IMG/VR virus record: IMGVR_UViG_3300023106_000014
Span: 1-49,000 of that record
Origin: a virus
Taxonomy: Duplodnaviria; Caudoviricetes
Length of the DNA stretch: 49,000 bases
Strand: one strand, 5' to 3'
The notes beneath the pieces were generated by a model. That model was not told the DNA's origin and ran no database searches. It saw only the letters and a list, made by a program, of their open reading frames with translations. Numbering within the stretch: the first letter of the stretch is position 1; every line of letters starts with the position of its first letter. A program made the translations under genes and the position numbers. Of the stretch, positions 44,889 through 49,000 are shown in pieces.

Positions 44889-45350
44889 ATGTACGACGAC
44901 AACGGCACGGCCAGGGCCGGCATGCAGGCCGAACAGCCCCCGGCCGACGAGTACACCGCCGCCTGGAACGGCGCGCAGGCGCAGGCACAGGCGCCCGCAG
45001 CAACCCCGGCCAATGCCGGCGGCATCGCGGGCATCGTGCAGGGCGCCATCAGCGGCCCGGACCCGACCGGCACCCAACCCGCCGTGAACGGCATGCCGGG
45101 CAGCGTCAGCGGGCCGGCCCTGCAGCTTGGGCAGCCGAACGGCGCGCCGGGCGCTGGCGGCATCGCCGGCATCGTCCAGGGCGCCATCAACGGCCCGCCC
45201 CCGACCGGCGCCCAACCCGCCGCGAACGGCATGCTGGGCAGCGTCAGCGGCCCCGCCCCGGTCATGCATCCCGCGAGCGTACCGCAGGATCCGCGATCGC
45301 ACGCCAACACCGGCTCGGCATATTCCCGCGCCTGGCACAACCTGCAGTAA
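44889..45350 (+). CDS. Gly/Pro/Ala-rich protein with internal 35-aa duplication
   Basis: AAAGGA RBS; AGGIAGIVQGAI.GP.PTG.QPA.NGM.GSVSGPA twice. Confidence 0.7.
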   Translation: MYDDNGTARAGMQAEQPPADEYTAAWNGAQAQAQAPAATPANAGGIAGIVQGAISGPDPTGTQPAVNGMPGSVSGPALQLGQPNGAPGAGGIAGIVQGAINGPPPTGAQPAANGMLGSVSGPAPVMHPASVPQDPRSHANTGSAYSRAWHNLQ

Positions 45351-45386
45351 CACCGATCACCTTGGCGCCTGATCCTTCAGGCGTTC

Positions 45387-45419
45387 GCCCCGGCGCAGCG
45401 ATGCGTGCGGGGCTTTTTT
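45387..45419 (+). terminator. Intrinsic terminator
   Basis: GCCCCG...CGGGGC-TTTTTT. Confidence 0.65.
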
Positions 45420-45533
45420 ATAAGTCGTGCCGCGATAACCCGCCGCACCCACCGTTCCCTCCGTGCCCAAGCTCTTGGGCACCCGCCCCGGCGCACCAGT
45501 GTGACCGGGGCATCTTATTTAGGCCGTCCAACG

Positions 45534-45854
45534 GTGAAAACAAGACCATCCATCAGCAAGATCTGGCAGGGCGGCGAGCAACGCGTCCAGCCGACGTGCT
45601 ACGACGCCCGCAACCCGGCGATGCCTTGGCTTCCGGCGGACGAGCTGGACTTCGACGACGCCGACGACCGGGCCGACGCGTCCGCATGGCTGTACGCCGG
45701 CGGACCGGCCGAATCGATCGGGACGCTGCAAAGGCGCACCAGTACGCCGCACCCACCCGGCACGGCGACCACTCCACCGATCCCCGACCTGTTCCAGCTG
45801 TCGATCATCCAGCAGCTGGCCCTGGCGGCGCAACCGCGCCCAAACCCGCCGTAG
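45534..45854 (+). CDS. Hypothetical protein
   Basis: GTG start MKTRPS; GC3 bias. Confidence 0.5.
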   Translation: MKTRPSISKIWQGGEQRVQPTCYDARNPAMPWLPADELDFDDADDRADASAWLYAGGPAESIGTLQRRTSTPHPPGTATTPPIPDLFQLSIIQQLALAAQPRPNPP

Positions 45855-45905
45855 CCAGCCGAATCGGCGCTGGCGCGGCACAAAACCATGTGAAGCATCC
45901 CGGCA

Positions 45906-46544
45906 ATGGCAAAGCAAAACCCAGAAAAAGACCCCATCGAATGGGATTTGATCGAGCGCGACTGGCGCGCCGGCGTCAAGACGCAGGCCCAGATGTCCGC
46001 CCAGTACGGCGTCTCGCGCGCCGCCATGAACAAGCATTTCGCCAAGCGCGGCATCACCCGAGATCTCGACGGCAAGGTACGCGCGGCCGCCTCGACCATC
46101 GTGGCGCAGCACGCCGTGGCGCATCCCGGCGCCGGCCACGCCGGCAGCGCCATCAGCGACCGCGACATCATCGCCGCCAACGCGGAGATGCAGTCGACCA
46201 TCATCCTGCAGCACCGCACCGACATCCAGCGTACGCGCAAGCTGTCGATGCGCCTGCTGGAGGAGCTGGAGCAGCAAACGGACCACCAAGACCTGATCGC
46301 GCAGCTGATGGACATGCTCAACGATCCGGACGACAAGAACACGCAGCGCCGGCTGGAGGTACTGGAGAAGGCCATGTCGCTGAGTTCGCGCGCCGGCACC
46401 ATGAAAACACTGGCGGACTCGCTGCGCTCCCTGGTGGCGATGGAGCGCCAGGCGTTCGGTCTGGACGACAAGGACGAGGGCGACGAAGGCAGCGGCATCG
46501 AAGACGTGATCACGCGCGTGGCGGCGAAAAATGGCGTCGATTAA
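45906..46544 (+). CDS. terS: Terminase small subunit-like HTH protein
   Basis: EWDLIERDWRAG.K....YGVS..A..K; ERQAFGLD; overlaps terL. Confidence 0.8.
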   Translation: MAKQNPEKDPIEWDLIERDWRAGVKTQAQMSAQYGVSRAAMNKHFAKRGITRDLDGKVRAAASTIVAQHAVAHPGAGHAGSAISDRDIIAANAEMQSTIILQHRTDIQRTRKLSMRLLEELEQQTDHQDLIAQLMDMLNDPDDKNTQRRLEVLEKAMSLSSRAGTMKTLADSLRSLVAMERQAFGLDDKDEGDEGSGIEDVITRVAAKNGVD

Positions 46545-48060
46545 CCGCGCCGCCGCGCTGGAGCGCACCGTCGAGATCCTGCGTAACGACATCGAGCAGC
46601 ACTGCGAAACCTGCATGTACGTGCAGGACAAGGAAGGCAAGCGCGTGCTGCTGCGCTTCAACAAGGCGCAGCGCTACATTCACGCCAAGATCGAGGAGCA
46701 GCGCGAGCGCACCGGCAAAGTGCGCGCCATCATCCTGAAGGGCCGCCAGCAGGGCGCGTCGACGTACATCGGCGGTCGCTTCTACGCGATCAGCAGCATC
46801 AATTACGGCAAGAACGCGTTCATCGTCGCCCACGAACAAAAGGCGACCGACAACCTGTTCAAGATGGTCAAGCGCTACCACGCGCACAACCCGCTGGCGC
46901 CGTCCACCAGCGCGACCAACAGCAAGGAGCTGGTCTTCAACCGGCTCGACGGCGGCTACAAGCTGGCGACGGCCGGATCCAAGGACGTCGGCCGCTCCAA
47001 CACCGCGCAGCTGCTGCACGCGTCCGAGTTCGCCTTCTGGGACAACGCCGTGATGCACATGGCGGGCCTGGGCAACGCGATCGCGGAGCAGCCGGGCACC
47101 GAAATCATCATCGAATCGACCGCCAACGGCATCGGCGGCCCCTTCCACATGATGTGGCAGGACGCCGAGGCGGGGAAGGGCGAGTACATCGCCATCTTCG
47201 TGCCCTGGTTCTGGGAGGACGGCTACCGCGCCACCATCCCCGAGAACTTCGAGCTGTCGGCCGACGACATCAAGTACATGGAGACGTACGGGCTGGACAT
47301 GGCCCAAATGGCCTGGCGCCAGAACAAGATCGTGCTGTACGGGCGCGGCATGGAATGGCTGTTCGATCAGGAATACCCGGCGACGCCGTCGCTGGCCTTC
47401 CGATCGTCCACCGCCGACCCGCTGATCAGCCCGAACACGGTCATGGCCGCCGTCAACAGCGTCTACCGCGAGCGCACCGGCGCCTTCGTCATCGGCTGCG
47501 ATCCGGCCGAATACGGCGCCGACCGCACCGCGATCGCGTTCCGGCACGGCCGCACGGTGTTCCGGATCGAGTACCACGAAAAGAAGGGGCCGATGGAGGT
47601 GGCCGGCCTGCTGGCGAAGTATTACCGGGAGTTGAACCCGGACGCCATTTTCGTCGACAAGATCGGCATCGGCTCGGGCATCGTGGACCGGCTCAAGGAG
47701 CTCAACGTGCCCGTCATCGGCGTCAACTCCGCCGAGCGGGCCGACGATCCGGAGCGCTACGCCAACAAACGGGCGGAGATCTGGTATCGCTACAAGGAAT
47801 GGCTGGAGGACACGCCGAACCGGCTGCCGAACGACGCCGCCCTGATCGCCGACACCTCCGCGCCGGGCTACAAGACGCACTCGAACGGCTCGCGCCTGAT
47901 CGAGTCGAAGATGGACATGAAAAAGCGCGGCGTGCGATCGCCCGATGGCGCCGACGCCATCGCCATGACGTTCGCCGAACCCGTCATCCCCAAATCACAG
48001 CGGCACGACTACGCGGGCGGATCCTCCCGCCAGCAGGCCGCCACATCAGCAGGTTACTAA
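46531..48060 (+). CDS. terL: Terminase large subunit
   Basis: ILKGRQQGAST Walker A, LHASEFAFW Walker B, ESTANG, GCDPA..D and SPDGADA nuclease motifs. Confidence 0.95.
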   Translation: MASINRAAALERTVEILRNDIEQHCETCMYVQDKEGKRVLLRFNKAQRYIHAKIEEQRERTGKVRAIILKGRQQGASTYIGGRFYAISSINYGKNAFIVAHEQKATDNLFKMVKRYHAHNPLAPSTSATNSKELVFNRLDGGYKLATAGSKDVGRSNTAQLLHASEFAFWDNAVMHMAGLGNAIAEQPGTEIIIESTANGIGGPFHMMWQDAEAGKGEYIAIFVPWFWEDGYRATIPENFELSADDIKYMETYGLDMAQMAWRQNKIVLYGRGMEWLFDQEYPATPSLAFRSSTADPLISPNTVMAAVNSVYRERTGAFVIGCDPAEYGADRTAIAFRHGRTVFRIEYHEKKGPMEVAGLLAKYYRELNPDAIFVDKIGIGSGIVDRLKELNVPVIGVNSAERADDPERYANKRAEIWYRYKEWLEDTPNRLPNDAALIADTSAPGYKTHSNGSRLIESKMDMKKRGVRSPDGADAIAMTFAEPVIPKSQRHDYAGGSSRQQAATSAGY

Positions 48061-48062
48061 CA

Positions 48063-48590
48063 ATGCACACAGACATCATCATCGGCGGCGGCAACCGCAT
48101 CGCGGCCGCGTGCGGCGCGCCGCCACGGCCGCCGAGGCCGCCGCTGCCGCCGCTGCCGGCGGACTCGCAAGAGTTTCACCAGATCATCGACGCGCTGGTC
48201 AACCTGAACAAGCGCAACCGCGCCTCGCCGCGCGCCGAGCTACGCGGCGGCCATATCGGCCGCTACGTCGAGTACTTCTCGACCGTGCGCGCCTACATCG
48301 GGCGCGGCGGCGGCGCCACGGCGTATATCCGCGAGCGCGCCACCGAACACGACCTAGTGATCGTCTGCTCCTACAAGCAGCGCGACCTGGACTACCGGCG
48401 ATACGGCATGCCGTGCAGGGTGGCGACGCCCGATGAATTGAGCGAGCGCAACATGCACGGCCAACACCGCCGCTACAACACCATCTACATCGACGACCCG
48501 AGCCACGTGTTCGCCCAGATCAACGCGCAAGAGCTGTATCACCGGCTCGGCCACGACGACACGCAAACCTTCATCCTGCTGGGCCTGTAG
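48063..48590 (+). CDS. Hypothetical protein between terL and portal
   Basis: ORF 2 nt after terL; degenerate P-loop-like GRGGGAT and IYIDD. Confidence 0.65.
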   Translation: MHTDIIIGGGNRIAAACGAPPRPPRPPLPPLPADSQEFHQIIDALVNLNKRNRASPRAELRGGHIGRYVEYFSTVRAYIGRGGGATAYIRERATEHDLVIVCSYKQRDLDYRRYGMPCRVATPDELSERNMHGQHRRYNTIYIDDPSHVFAQINAQELYHRLGHDDTQTFILLGL

Positions 48591-48612
48591 CACCGCCCGC
48601 AGCACCCTCCCC

Positions 48613-48636
48613 AGCCCGCCCCGTGCGGGCTTTTTT
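48613..48636 (+). terminator. Terminator-like hairpin before portal
   Basis: AGCCCGC-ccgt-GCGGGCTTTTTT. Confidence 0.6.
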
Positions 48637-48637
48637 C

Positions 48638-49000
48638 ATGGATTTCCCCGATATGGACGACAGAGCGGCGCAGGCCGACGCCGAATACGAAGCGGCGGCC
48701 GCCGCCGGCATGGCGCGCGACGACAACACCGCGTTCATCCAGGCCGACGCGCTGGGGTCGCTGCTGGTCGCCGAATTCACCCAGGCGGAGCTGGAGCGCC
48801 GGGACACGGAACAGCGCTGGCTGAAGGATCTGCGCCAGTATCGCGGCGTCTACGACCCGGACGTTCTGGCCCTGATCGGCAAGAACCGCTCCAAGGCGTT
48901 CGTGCGCGCCACCCGCGTCAAGGTCAAGACCGTCGACGCGCGCGTGGCCGACCTGCTGTTCCCCTCCAATTCCGACCGCAACTGGACCGCCGAGAACACG
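48638..49000 (+). CDS. Portal protein, 3'-truncated by window edge
   Basis: EQRWLKDLRQYRG.YD..RSKAFV..TRVKV..DLLFP..NW resembles podophage-type portals; follows terL. Confidence 0.8.
   Translation, partial: MDFPDMDDRAAQADAEYEAAAAAGMARDDNTAFIQADALGSLLVAEFTQAELERRDTEQRWLKDLRQYRGVYDPDVLALIGKNRSKAFVRATRVKVKTVDARVADLLFPSNSDRNWTAENT

Larger units (their letters stand above)
1..49000. mobile_element. Temperate phage-plasmid (partial)
   Basis: RepA/ParAB/resolvase together with cI-cro-cII, O-like initiator, terminase, portal and DarB; no host housekeeping genes. Confidence 0.88.

Noticed and set aside
1-49000. CRISPR array, IS elements, reverse transcriptase/DGR, rRNA
   Set aside because: No regularly spaced repeats, transposase or RT motifs seen

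Overview
GC-rich window from a temperate phage-plasmid, probably of a betaproteobacterial (Oxalobacteraceae-like) host; the host is inferred from GC content and one small HTH family. Left to right it holds: (1) the 3' 9.2 kb of a giant DarB-like polyvalent protein (adenine MTase, SF2/SNF2 helicase, HExxH domain, ADP-ribosyltransferase, PLxRFG domain); (2) a leftward accessory block with SprT protease, H-NS and YfbU; (3) a plasmid module with tyrosine recombinase, RepA, ParB and ParA; (4) a lambdoid cI/cro/cII switch followed by a C5 MTase, an O-like initiator, a Q-like gene and a second tyrosine recombinase; (5) cargo including SPFH, HigBA and a LexA-boxed SRAP operon; (6) a tRNA/ncRNA island; (7) terminase and the start of the portal. 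The most notable signals are a probable 73-aa gene with its own strong RBS nested in the +1 frame of the giant gene just ahead of its ADP-ribosyltransferase domain, and a tRNA island containing a hammerhead-ribozyme-like fold and an anticodon-less tRNA-like RNA. Also seen are a counter-transcribed RNA in the repA leader, duplicated palindrome+IHF modules flanking repA, and two dispersed regulatory motif families. All calls are by-eye motif recognition; no searches were run.
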